Shown here: positions 1 to 8,656 of the stretch, one piece after another
Numbering within the stretch: position 1 is the first letter of the stretch
How the letters are laid out: each line of letters begins with the position of its first letter
From: Omnitrophica WOR_2 bacterium RBG_13_41_10
GTDB taxonomy: Bacteria > Omnitrophota > Gorgyraeia > Gygaellales > Profunditerraquicolaceae
Direction: 5' to 3'
Assembly: GCA_001805465.1 (NCBI GenBank)
Contig: MHGH01000013.1
Span: 53,631 to 100,016, forward strand
Length of the DNA: 46,386 nt
Made by a program: the position numbers and the translations under genes
Notes under the pieces: generated by a model
The model's database searches: none
What the model was told of the DNA's origin: nothing
What the model saw: the letters and a program-made list of their open reading frames with translations, nothing else

Positions 1-270
1 TTGTGCAGGAAGCAATTCAATAAACTGGGCTAATTCAGAAGGCAGGATGTTCCAGCCTAAACGCAGGTGCTTTTGTAGAGATGCAGATTTATATTGCGTC
101 AAGACATAAATCCGGCGCAGCCCAGAATTAATGCAGTTGCTTAAAGTAAAATCTATAATCCGGTATATCCCGCCAAAAGGGACGGCGGGCTTGGTCCTGT
201 CGCGGGTAAGAGGAAACAGCCTTTCCCCTTTGCCGCCGGCCATGATAAAAGTCAAAACTTTCTTCATCAT
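1..270 (-). CDS. glgC: Glucose-1-phosphate adenylyltransferase, first 90 codons only (gene runs off the window start)
   Basis: Absent from the ORF track because it is truncated. Manual minus-strand translation from the ATG at 270..268 gives [73 protein letters not shown]... It has the GGxGxRL nucleotidyltransferase loop plus the KPAVPFGG and YRIIDF signatures typical of GlgC. The start overlaps the upstream stop (ATGATGA). Confidence 0.85.
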   Translation of the reverse strand, partial: MMKKVLTFIMAGGKGERLFPLTRDRTKPAVPFGGIYRIIDFTLSNCINSGLRRIYVLTQYKSASLQKHLRLGWNILPSELAQFIELLPAQ

Positions 271-866
271 TTTAGTAAAATTGCCGTAATCCCGCGCCTG
301 ATCATCATTACGCTGATAGCAGCAAGTAAGATATACATAATTTTAGAGAATGCCCATGTACCGCTGGCACCCATAATTTTCATAATGGTATCGGCCTTCA
401 CTAAAGTAACCCAGACAATAGCCATATTTATTACCAAAGAAACAAAAGTCGGCATAATGCCAAAGCTATCCAGCATCATGATGGTAGTAGTCAATACTGC
501 AGGCCCGGTAATTAAAGGTGTGCCTAAAGGAAAAACCCCGATATCTTTATCGTGTTGGGAAGCAAAGGCTGCCTTGGAGCCGCCCGGCAGTAATAAGCGT
601 AGGGCAATTACAAATAAGAGCGCTCCTCCTGCAATCTGAAAATCCGCGATGGTAATACCGATTAAATTAAACACCCATTTGCCGATAAACATAAAGGAAA
701 CTGCCATGATGGTGGCGGTAGCAACCGAATCAATAATAATCTTATGCCTTTGCTTTTTATTTACGCCTTCTACCAGCGAAACAAACAAAGGGATATTACC
801 GATAGCGTCTACCGCGACAAATATCGGGATAAAAGTCAATATATAGGGTTGCAAGGTCTCTAACAT
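267..866 (-). CDS. MarC/UPF0056 family integral membrane protein
   Basis: 199 aa and multi-TM. The N-terminal [20 protein letters not shown] and central [14 protein letters not shown] motifs are characteristic of the MarC family. Confidence 0.7.
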   Translation of the reverse strand: MLETLQPYILTFIPIFVAVDAIGNIPLFVSLVEGVNKKQRHKIIIDSVATATIMAVSFMFIGKWVFNLIGITIADFQIAGGALLFVIALRLLLPGGSKAAFASQHDKDIGVFPLGTPLITGPAVLTTTIMMLDSFGIMPTFVSLVINMAIVWVTLVKADTIMKIMGASGTWAFSKIMYILLAAISVMMIRRGITAILLK

Positions 867-914
867 AGTATTTTATATTATATCCAACTGCCCTTAAAAA
901 GCAATGAAATTTTT

Positions 915-985
915 GTAAATGGGGTCAGAATTATTTTTTCATCCGACCGCATTTTTAGAAAAAAAATAATTCTGACCCCATTTAC
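915..985. repeat. Perfect 25-bp inverted repeat (915-939 / 961-985) with a 21-nt spacer
   Basis: GTAAATGGGGTCAGAATTATTTTTT ... AAAAAATAATTCTGACCCCATTTAC, read directly. It lies in the 140-bp gap between the BT1 transporter stop and the MarC start. No U-tract follows on either strand. Confidence 0.85.
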
Positions 986-1006
986 GGAAACGCCAGATTC
1001 ATTTTA

Positions 1007-2155
1007 TTATTCTATTTTTTTAATTAAAGGCAGGCAGAGAAAACTGGTTAAGGAAGAGATAATAATCAGCCATTTTAGGCCGATTACGGGCAATAAAAAT
1101 GCTCCGGAAAGGTTACTGGCAGGAATTGACAGGTTACTCATGCTGCAAAGCAGCGCAAAAGAAGTGGCCTCCAGGCCCTTGACACTATTTCTGGCCATGA
1201 AATCCATGACCATTAAAAAGATAAACATGCCTATCAGGCTATAAATTACGTCATAGATAACCGCAGTAACAGGGGTATAGTAGAGATAGCTTAGGCTAGT
1301 CACTGCCCCTAAAAATACGGAAAAGTACAGCCATTTTTTAATGTTGATTTTTTGGCTAAATTTATAATATAAAAGAGAACCTATCACCCCAAAGACCGTG
1401 CTGATACTGCCTAAAACCCCTATCCAAACCTTGCCCCATTTAAAAGTATCCCTCTGGATAAAGAAAAGCGGGGTCCCGAAAGAAGGAGAAAATTTATAGA
1501 GAAAAATAAACAGCCCGATAATCAATAATTTTTTATGGCTGAATAATTTTTTTAAATCTAATAAGAGCGTAGTGGGAGGTTTATTTTGCTTGGCATCATC
1601 CTCTTTATAGAAATAGGCAGGGATTGCTACTACTAGATAAACCGGGATCAGGGCCAAGAAGGCCATCCTGTAGCCCCATTTTTCTGCGATATAGCCCCCT
1701 CCTACGCCGGTAAACAAACCTGCTATGGTAATAGAAATCCATTGCACGCTCTGAATTTTTCCGGTCAGGCTATATTTTTTTCCTTCTACGCACATAATTC
1801 CATCCACTGCGACATCTCTAAAAGCAGAATTAGCGGAATTAAGTATCAGCATGGTAATGAGGGCAAATAACGGCAAGGTTGCTAAACCCACCCATAGCGA
1901 TAAAATTATATCAAATGCCAGTGCCATAAAAATCCAAACCTTCTTATTAAAAAAATTATCTATCAGATACCCTATTAACGGTTTTACTAGCCATGCAGAT
2001 ATAATAATGCTACTGATAATCATTATTTTTTCCGCAGGAAAATTGAGGGTTTCTTTTAAATAATAAAATAACCCCTGTGAAGGCAGGCCTTCTATTCCTT
2101 GGGTAAAATAAACCGCACTACTCAAAGTGAATATCCAGAATAGTTTCTTATTCAT
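1007..2155 (-). CDS. MFS transporter, folate-biopterin transporter (BT1)-like
   Basis: 382 aa with about 12 TM. The N-terminal YFTQGIEGLPSQGLFYYLKETLNF...WLVKPLIGYLID pattern resembles BT1-family transporters. Confidence 0.6.
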   Translation of the reverse strand: MNKKLFWIFTLSSAVYFTQGIEGLPSQGLFYYLKETLNFPAEKIMIISSIIISAWLVKPLIGYLIDNFFNKKVWIFMALAFDIILSLWVGLATLPLFALITMLILNSANSAFRDVAVDGIMCVEGKKYSLTGKIQSVQWISITIAGLFTGVGGGYIAEKWGYRMAFLALIPVYLVVAIPAYFYKEDDAKQNKPPTTLLLDLKKLFSHKKLLIIGLFIFLYKFSPSFGTPLFFIQRDTFKWGKVWIGVLGSISTVFGVIGSLLYYKFSQKINIKKWLYFSVFLGAVTSLSYLYYTPVTAVIYDVIYSLIGMFIFLMVMDFMARNSVKGLEATSFALLCSMSNLSIPASNLSGAFLLPVIGLKWLIIISSLTSFLCLPLIKKIE

Positions 2156-2164
2156 TATTTAAGT

Positions 2165-2521
2165 TTAAGGGGTAACTGGTAGAGTTTCGCTTTTTTCTAC
2201 AGGGTTTTCTTGAGGTTCGGGCTGGGCTACTTTTTCTTTAAGAGGCGCATCTTGCGGCACAGCGGCATCTGGGGCCTTGATATTTCTCATCAGAGACTTG
2301 CTTTGCCTTGCCGAGAGCACTGCCAGGCTTAAGACGGTAACAAAAAAGAGTATCGCCAAAATAGTAGTGGTTTTGGTAAGGAAGGCGCTGGTTTTTGTTC
2401 CGAACATCGACTCTACCCCTGAGAAGCTATCGACTAATCCTCCGCCGCGTCCGGATTGAATCAAAATAATCCCGATCAATAACACACAGACAATAACATG
2501 AATCGCAATGATTAAAGCCAT
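2165..2521 (-). CDS. secG: Preprotein translocase subunit SecG (with a Pro/Glu-rich C-terminal tail)
   Basis: The N-terminal TM is followed by LIQSGRGGGL and then FG..T..LTK and a second TM, the classic SecG layout. It sits directly downstream of tpiA, as in many bacteria. Confidence 0.8.
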   Translation of the reverse strand: MALIIAIHVIVCVLLIGIILIQSGRGGGLVDSFSGVESMFGTKTSAFLTKTTTILAILFFVTVLSLAVLSARQSKSLMRNIKAPDAAVPQDAPLKEKVAQPEPQENPVEKSETLPVTP

Positions 2522-3294
2522 TATTTTTTCACTCCGCTTGCTAATTTTACAATTTCAGAAAAAGAATCAACCTTTAAACTGGCGCCCCCCACCAATGCCC
2601 CGTCTACATCAGGCTCACTTACTAGCTCTACGATATTCTCCGGTTTTACGCTTCCGCCGTATTGAATGCGGAGGAAAGAGGCAACCTCTTCATTATACAT
2701 CTTAATCAATAAACCGCGAATATATTTTTGCGCTTCTTCGGCCTCTTGGCTAGTTGCGGTTTTTCCCGTGCCTATTGCCCAGACCGGCTCATAGGCTATG
2801 ACTATCTTTAATATATCTTCCGGGCTAATATCCATAAGGCTATTTTTTATATGGTCGTCTAAAACTTTAAAGGTTTTTTTGCTTTCTCTTTCCGAAAGGG
2901 TCTCTCCTACGCATACTATTGGAGTTAATCCTTCACTAAGCGCGGCCTTTAACTTTTTATTTACCGATTCATTTGTTTCAGAGAAAAATTGCCGGCGTTC
3001 GGAGTGCCCGATAATCACGAAACTACAACCTGCGTCTTTGAGCATCAGGCTAGATATCTCTCCGGTAAAAGCCCCCTCTTTCTGCCAATAAAGGTCTTGC
3101 GCACCCAGCTGAATATTAGACCCTTGAATCACTTCTGTCACTTCAGCCAAAGCCGTAAAGCCAGGGCAAATAACAATATCTATATCCTGGGTGTCTAACT
3201 TAAAAAGTTCGCGTTTTAGGCCATTGGCTAATTCTATTGACTCGCTGATGGTCTTATGCATCTTCCAGTTTCCGGCGATAATAGTCTTTCTCAT
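2521..3294 (-). CDS. tpiA: Triosephosphate isomerase
   Basis: IIAGNWKMHK, VIIGHSERR, AYEPVWAIGTGKTA and YGGSV motifs. Confidence 0.95.
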   Translation of the reverse strand: MRKTIIAGNWKMHKTISESIELANGLKRELFKLDTQDIDIVICPGFTALAEVTEVIQGSNIQLGAQDLYWQKEGAFTGEISSLMLKDAGCSFVIIGHSERRQFFSETNESVNKKLKAALSEGLTPIVCVGETLSERESKKTFKVLDDHIKNSLMDISPEDILKIVIAYEPVWAIGTGKTATSQEAEEAQKYIRGLLIKMYNEEVASFLRIQYGGSVKPENIVELVSEPDVDGALVGGASLKVDSFSEIVKLASGVKK

Positions 3295-4475
3295 TTTATA
3301 TCCGTAAGCGCGGCTATGCCGGGTAGGGTTTTACCTTCCATAAACTCTAAGCTTGCACCACCGCCGGTTGAGATATGGGCCATCTTATCTTCTAACTTAA
3401 ATTTACTCATTGCTGCTGCGGTATCTCCTCCGCCGATAATACTGGTCACCGAAAGCCCGGCAATAAAATTAGCTATACTTTTAGTCCCTTTGCTAAAAGG
3501 CTCTATTTCAAAAATTCCTAAAGGCCCGTTCCAAACAATAGTTTTGGCGCCTTTAAGTTTATTCTTAAAAAGCGCTATGGTTTTTGGCCCGATATCAACA
3601 GCAATCTTGCCTTCGGGCACATCTTCACCAACGATCTCTTGATTTAAGGGAGGATCGATATTATCTACTACCAAATTGTCAATGGGCAGGAGAATATCTT
3701 TTTTAAGGGATTTGGCTTTTTCTAAAATAGTTAGGGCTAATTCGATTTTGTCTTTCTCTAGCTTAGAATTCCCGATTGTTTTTCCCTGGGCTTTTAAAAA
3801 AGTATAGGCCATCCCGCCGCCTATTAAGATAGCATCGCATTTAGGAAGCAGGTTTTCTATCACCCCTATTTTATCAGAGACCTTAGCCCCTCCTAAAATA
3901 ACTACAAAGGGCCTGGCCGGATTCTCAATGGCATTTCCTAAATAGCGGATTTCTTTTTCCAAAAGAAAGCCCGCCGCAGACTCTAGATACCGCGTTACCG
4001 CCTCAGTAGAGGCGTGCGCCCTATGCGCAGTGCCAAAGGCATCGTTGACATAGATATCAGCCAGGCTGGCTAATTGGCCGGCAAACTCTGTATCATTTTT
4101 TTCCTCTTCAGGGTGAAACCTCAAATTCTCTAGTAGCACCACTCTTTTCCTGGATGCCTTGACTTCTTGCCTGATTTTTTCTCCCACGCAATCACTTAAA
4201 AACTCTACCGGTTCCCCTAATAACTGCGATAACCTCTCTGCCACTGGTCTTAAACTGTATTTTGCCACTACCTTGCCATCAGGCCTGCCTAAGTGGCTGA
4301 TAAGTATTAATTTCTTAGCCTTATTCTCTAATATATATTTTATCGTCGGTAAAGTTGCCTTTATGCGTGTGTCATCGGTAATATTCAGCTTTTCATCCTG
4401 CGGCACATTAAAATCCACCCGCATTAATACCGCCTTGTTTGCCAAATCAATGTCTTTTATTGTTAACTTGTTCAT
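3291..4475 (-). CDS. pgk: Phosphoglycerate kinase
   Basis: 394 aa with RVDFNVP, SHLGRP, NDAFGTAHRAHAS and STGGGASLEF motifs. It overlaps the tpiA start by 4 nt. Confidence 0.95.
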   Translation of the reverse strand: MNKLTIKDIDLANKAVLMRVDFNVPQDEKLNITDDTRIKATLPTIKYILENKAKKLILISHLGRPDGKVVAKYSLRPVAERLSQLLGEPVEFLSDCVGEKIRQEVKASRKRVVLLENLRFHPEEEKNDTEFAGQLASLADIYVNDAFGTAHRAHASTEAVTRYLESAAGFLLEKEIRYLGNAIENPARPFVVILGGAKVSDKIGVIENLLPKCDAILIGGGMAYTFLKAQGKTIGNSKLEKDKIELALTILEKAKSLKKDILLPIDNLVVDNIDPPLNQEIVGEDVPEGKIAVDIGPKTIALFKNKLKGAKTIVWNGPLGIFEIEPFSKGTKSIANFIAGLSVTSIIGGGDTAAAMSKFKLEDKMAHISTGGGASLEFMEGKTLPGIAALTDIK

Positions 4476-5495
4476 TTATAAACCTTTCTTCGCTACATAT
4501 TCACATAAGTCTACGACCCTTAGCGAATATGCCCATTCGTTATCGTACCAGCCCAGCACTTTTACCAGGTTAGTGCCAACAACCTTAGTTAACTCTGCAT
4601 CCAATATGCAAGAATAGCTAGAGCCATAAAAATCTTTTGAAACTAACGGCACAGTAAGGTACTGCAAAATGCCTTTTAAGTTAGTTTCTGAGGCTTTCTT
4701 AAAGGCTGCGTTTACAGATTCCACCGTTACCTCTTTTTCCGTAATACAGGTCAAATCCGTCAGCGAAACATCCGGAGTGGGAACGCGAATTGCTAACCCA
4801 TCCAGCTTGCCTTTTAACTCAGGAATCACAGAACCGATGGCCTTGGCGGCACCCGTTGACGTAGGTATTATAGATACGGCTGCAGCGCGCGCGCGCCTTA
4901 AATCCTTATGCGGAAGGTCTAAGATTTTCTGGTCATTAGTATAAGAGTGTATAGTAGTCATCAGGCCGCTCTTGATACCGAAATTATCCATTAATGTTTG
5001 TGCCATAGGAGCCAGGCAATTGGTAGTACAAGAGGCATTAGAGATAATATTGTGTTTTTTGGGGTCGTAATTTTTTTCATTGACGCCTAAGACAATAGTG
5101 ATGTCTTCTCCCTTGGCAGGAGCGCTGATTATTATTTTCTTTACTCCACCGTTAGTGATATGCCCGATACATTTTTCCTTATCCGTAAATACCCCGGATG
5201 ATTCTATCACTATCTCTACCCCGTAATCCTTCCAGGGAATCTCTGCGGGAGATTTAGCGCTTAAGACTTTTAGGGTCTTGCCATTTACTATTAAAGCATC
5301 TTCTTTTGCTTCTATATTGGCATCCAAAGTGCCAAAGTTAGAATCGTATTTGAGAAGATGCGCTAATGTTTTTGTCCCGACGGGCAAATCATTTACTGCT
5401 ACAAAATCAAGATCTTTGGAGGCCTTTTTTAAGGCTGCCCGATAAACCAACCTGCCTATTCTTCCAAATCCGTTAATACCAACTTTTACTGCCAT
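4476..5495 (-). CDS. gap: Glyceraldehyde-3-phosphate dehydrogenase
   Basis: INGFGRIGR, the active site [12 protein letters not shown], and [10 protein letters not shown] strong SD (AAGGAGG) lies upstream. Confidence 0.95.
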   Translation of the reverse strand: MAVKVGINGFGRIGRLVYRAALKKASKDLDFVAVNDLPVGTKTLAHLLKYDSNFGTLDANIEAKEDALIVNGKTLKVLSAKSPAEIPWKDYGVEIVIESSGVFTDKEKCIGHITNGGVKKIIISAPAKGEDITIVLGVNEKNYDPKKHNIISNASCTTNCLAPMAQTLMDNFGIKSGLMTTIHSYTNDQKILDLPHKDLRRARAAAVSIIPTSTGAAKAIGSVIPELKGKLDGLAIRVPTPDVSLTDLTCITEKEVTVESVNAAFKKASETNLKGILQYLTVPLVSKDFYGSSYSCILDAELTKVVGTNLVKVLGWYDNEWAYSLRVVDLCEYVAKKGL

Positions 5496-5529
5496 TGTGT
5501 TAACCTCCTTCTTTTTAGCTTTTGATGAT

Positions 5530-6525
5530 CTAGGCTTCTCTTAAGAATTTTGCGGATAATTCAGGCGGGGTAGCTACAACGTAAACCCCGGAACCCCATT
5601 CAAAACCTGCTACGCGCGTCAACTTTGGCATAAATTCAATATGCCAATGATAATATTCTGTATCGCTATCGCCGTTAATGGGCGAAGAATGGATAATAAA
5701 ATTATAGGAGGCATTGGGAAAAATCTTTTTTAGCTTTATGATGGTGTCTTTCAGTATCACTGCCAATGCCGGCAGTTCCTCTGCAGATATTTCATAGAAA
5801 AAGCCGTTATGTTTTTTGGGGATAATACAGATTTCAAAAGGAAAACGCGAGACAAACGGGCAAAAAGATAAAAAGTATTTGTTCTCTAGGATTATTCTTT
5901 TCTTTTCTTCTTTCTCCTGACGAATCATATCGCAGAATAAACAACGTTCGCGGTAATTAAAATAATGATGCGCACCGCGGATTTCTTCCATGGCATTCTT
6001 GGGCACCATCGGTAGAGCCACTATTTGAGTATGCGGATGCTCCAGGGAAGCGCCGGCAGCCGCACCGTAATTTTTAAAAATCATAATATATTTAAAGCGT
6101 TTATCTTTAATTAAATCGACTGTCCTGCGGCAATACATAGAAAGGAACTTCTCTACTTCCTCACCAGATAAATCGTAAATATCTTTCTGATGATACGGGG
6201 TTTCTAGCAGCACCTCATGCGCACCCACGCCATTAGACATATCATACATGCCTGAACCGCGCCGGTCGAGTTCGCCTTCGATTTGCAGTGCGGGAAATTT
6301 ATTAGGGACTACTCTTACCTGCCAGCCGGGCGTATTGGGGCTGGTGTGCGGATCACGGATGGCCTCTATCTCTGGAGGGGTCATCGCTTCATTTCCGTAA
6401 CAAAAAGGGCATGTCCCCCCGCGAAAAGTACGCGGCTCGTATTCGAATTCTTCGGGCTTACTAGGATGATCGGTATTTACGATCACCCATCTGCCGCCTA
6501 TAGGATCCCTTCTTAACTCTGACAT
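5530..6525 (-). CDS. Galactose-1-phosphate uridylyltransferase-like (GalT/HIT superfamily) nucleotidyltransferase, catalytically intact copy
   Basis: [12 protein letters not shown], the Zn knuckle [15 protein letters not shown], and the intact HxH motif LEHPHTQ. I set the start to the internal ATG at 6525 (MSELRRDP...), 2 nt after the upstream stop. The 26-codon track extension overlaps the upstream gene. Confidence 0.8.
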   Translation of the reverse strand: MSELRRDPIGGRWVIVNTDHPSKPEEFEYEPRTFRGGTCPFCYGNEAMTPPEIEAIRDPHTSPNTPGWQVRVVPNKFPALQIEGELDRRGSGMYDMSNGVGAHEVLLETPYHQKDIYDLSGEEVEKFLSMYCRRTVDLIKDKRFKYIMIFKNYGAAAGASLEHPHTQIVALPMVPKNAMEEIRGAHHYFNYRERCLFCDMIRQEKEEKKRIILENKYFLSFCPFVSRFPFEICIIPKKHNGFFYEISAEELPALAVILKDTIIKLKKIFPNASYNFIIHSSPINGDSDTEYYHWHIEFMPKLTRVAGFEWGSGVYVVATPPELSAKFLREA

Positions 6526-6527
6526 AT

Positions 6528-7553
6528 TTAAACTGCAACCTCTCTTAAAAATTTTGCCGCATCTTCTGGCGGCAAAGGGCAGATATAAAACCCTGTCCCC
6601 CACTCAAATCCAGCTACCCGGGTTAACCTCGGCATTATTTCAATATGCCAATGATAATCATGGTCTATGCTCTTCCAATAGCCTACCTTGGGGCGCTTAA
6701 AGGGGGCTGTATGAATAACGTAGTTATAAGGAGGGTCATTCAGGCCTTTTTTTAATTTGGCAAGGGTTTTTCGTAAAATCCGGGCCAGATCAAGACGCGA
6801 TGCCATCTCCAGGTTTGTAAAATCGCAGGAATGTTTTTTGGGCAAAATCCATGCTTCAAAAGGAAACCTTGAGGCAAAAGGGCTTATTGCGATATAACCG
6901 TCGATATCCAATATCAGGCGGTCTTTAGTTTCTAATTCCTGCCTAATAAGATCGCAAAATACGCATCTTTCGTGATATTCATAGTAATGCCTTGCGCCTA
7001 CGAGCTCTTCTTTGACGCGTTTAGGATTGACGGGGGTAGCGATTATCTGAGACCGGGTATGCTTGATCCTGCCACTACCGGCAGCCCAACCGTAATTTTT
7101 AAAAATTAGGACGTATTTAAAACGTTTATCTTTTTCTAGATCTAATACACGATCACGGTAACAGGCGATTACTTTAGCTATCTGCTCATCGCTTAAATCT
7201 GCCATATTGGCTATATGCTGATTAGTTTCAATAATAATCTCGTGCGCTCCGATACCGTTCATTAAATCATATAATCCGTCCCCGCGCCGGTCAAGATCTC
7301 CTTCAATTCTCAAAAAAGGCGCAATGCTCGGTACCACTCTTAAATCCCATCCGGGAGCATTAGCGGGATTGTTTCTAGGTCTTATGGCGTATATTTCCGG
7401 GGGAGTTTCTTTTTCTTTACCTTCACAAAATGGGCAGGGTTTTTCCACCGGTTCCTGCTCAGCTTGAGCAGTAAACTGATCAGGCCTTTTAGAGCGCTCG
7501 GTAGCAATAATAACCCATCGGCCTATAATCGGATCTTTTCTTAGTTCCGGCAT
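6528..7553 (-). CDS. GalT-like paralog lacking the canonical HPH nucleophile motif
   Basis: Colinear with the downstream paralog: [53 protein letters not shown]. The position of HPHTQ reads HTRSQ instead. Confidence 0.75.
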   Translation of the reverse strand: MPELRKDPIIGRWVIIATERSKRPDQFTAQAEQEPVEKPCPFCEGKEKETPPEIYAIRPRNNPANAPGWDLRVVPSIAPFLRIEGDLDRRGDGLYDLMNGIGAHEIIIETNQHIANMADLSDEQIAKVIACYRDRVLDLEKDKRFKYVLIFKNYGWAAGSGRIKHTRSQIIATPVNPKRVKEELVGARHYYEYHERCVFCDLIRQELETKDRLILDIDGYIAISPFASRFPFEAWILPKKHSCDFTNLEMASRLDLARILRKTLAKLKKGLNDPPYNYVIHTAPFKRPKVGYWKSIDHDYHWHIEIMPRLTRVAGFEWGTGFYICPLPPEDAAKFLREVAV

Positions 7554-7601
7554 CTTAAAAAGTGAAAAGTTAAATTTGTTAATTATACCACGACTGATTT
7601 T

Positions 7602-8558
7602 TTATGCAATCTTTTTTTCGGGGTAGCCCAGTCTGTCACCTGGGCTAATTCTGTGCCCGGCAATAAATTCTTCGGCGGGCATCCTACGCTTACCCTCTAT
7701 CTGTAATTCTTCAATGATTAAATTATCTTTTCCGGTTTCCACAATTATGCCTTCTTTTGAAACTTGAATTATTTGTCCTGGTTCCCCAGCGTCCCCCCGG
7801 CCCAATGCCCTAGCGAGCTGTGATCTATAAATCTTCAATAACTTGTCATTATAATAGGTAAAAGCCCCCGGCCATGGCAAAACTCCTTTTATTAAGTTAA
7901 AAATATCTATAGCGGATTTTTCCCAATTAATCTGGCCGTCTTCTTTCTTGAGTTTCGGTGCAAAAGTTATATTTTTATCATCCTGCGGCTTTAAAATATA
8001 ATTCCTTTTCTCTATAGAATGAATTGCTTCTAACAATAACCGTGCTGCGATATCAGCTAATTTACCTTCTAAGCTTATCGCAGTATCGGCTTGGCTAATA
8101 TTTATTTCTTTTTGTAAAATTATCGGCCCGCTGTCCATGGCTTTTTCCATCTTTATTATACTAAGCCCTGTTTTTGTGTCGCCATTTATAATAGCCCAAT
8201 TTATAGGAGCAGCTCCTCTATATTTAGGCAAAAGCGAGGCATGGGCATTGAGAGAAAAAATTTGGGGGATATCCAGGACTTCTTGAGAAAGAATCTGGCC
8301 GTAGGCCGCTACTACAAAAAGATCGGGTTTAAGTTTTTTAAAAAAGGCTATTGCCTCAGCATGATTAATTTTAACAGGTTGATAGGTTTTTAACTTTAGC
8401 TCCAGGGCTTGGTCTTTCACTGCAGTATGCTCTAAAGTGAGGCCGCGTCCTTTTTGCTTATCCGGCTGAGTCACTACACAGGATACATTATACAATCCCG
8501 CCAAGGCCTTTAACGCGGGGACAGCAAATTTTGCGCTACCGAAGAATGCTATGTTCAT
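7602..8558 (-). CDS. fmt: Methionyl-tRNA formyltransferase
   Basis: FFGSAKFAVPAL, VVTQPDKQKGRG, NAHASLLPKYRGAAPINWAIING, and a C-terminal Fmt domain. Confidence 0.9.
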   Translation of the reverse strand: MNIAFFGSAKFAVPALKALAGLYNVSCVVTQPDKQKGRGLTLEHTAVKDQALELKLKTYQPVKINHAEAIAFFKKLKPDLFVVAAYGQILSQEVLDIPQIFSLNAHASLLPKYRGAAPINWAIINGDTKTGLSIIKMEKAMDSGPIILQKEINISQADTAISLEGKLADIAARLLLEAIHSIEKRNYILKPQDDKNITFAPKLKKEDGQINWEKSAIDIFNLIKGVLPWPGAFTYYNDKLLKIYRSQLARALGRGDAGEPGQIIQVSKEGIIVETGKDNLIIEELQIEGKRRMPAEEFIAGHRISPGDRLGYPEKKIA

Positions 8559-8570
8559 TTTATTCCTTTA

Positions 8571-8654
8571 GGGACACCCTTTGAGCCAATCGGGAGTGTG
8601 TCCCTTAACGAGCTACTTTGGGGACACCCTTAGCTTTGGCTGGAAGGGTGTCCC
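8571..8654. repeat. Two tandem GC-rich palindromic units (REP-like) between priA and fmt
   Basis: Hairpin 1 is GGGACAC (8571-8577) paired with GTGTCCC (8598-8604). Hairpin 2 is GGGACACCCTT (8621-8631) paired with AAGGGTGTCCC (8644-8654). Unit 2 resembles the reverse complement of unit 1, including the loop core TTGGCT. Confidence 0.75.
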
Positions 8655-8656
8655 TG

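Noticed and set aside
6526-6603. The 26-codon N-terminal extension of the GalT-like ORF (track start 6603), and similarly the 21-codon extension of rfbG (track start 28082).
   Set aside because: Both extensions overlap the upstream gene and are not homologous to the family N-termini. The internal ATGs at 6525 and 28019 restore the conserved N-termini (MSELRRDP..., MQNNFWKNK...). The 28019 ATG also has a GGAGGT SD.
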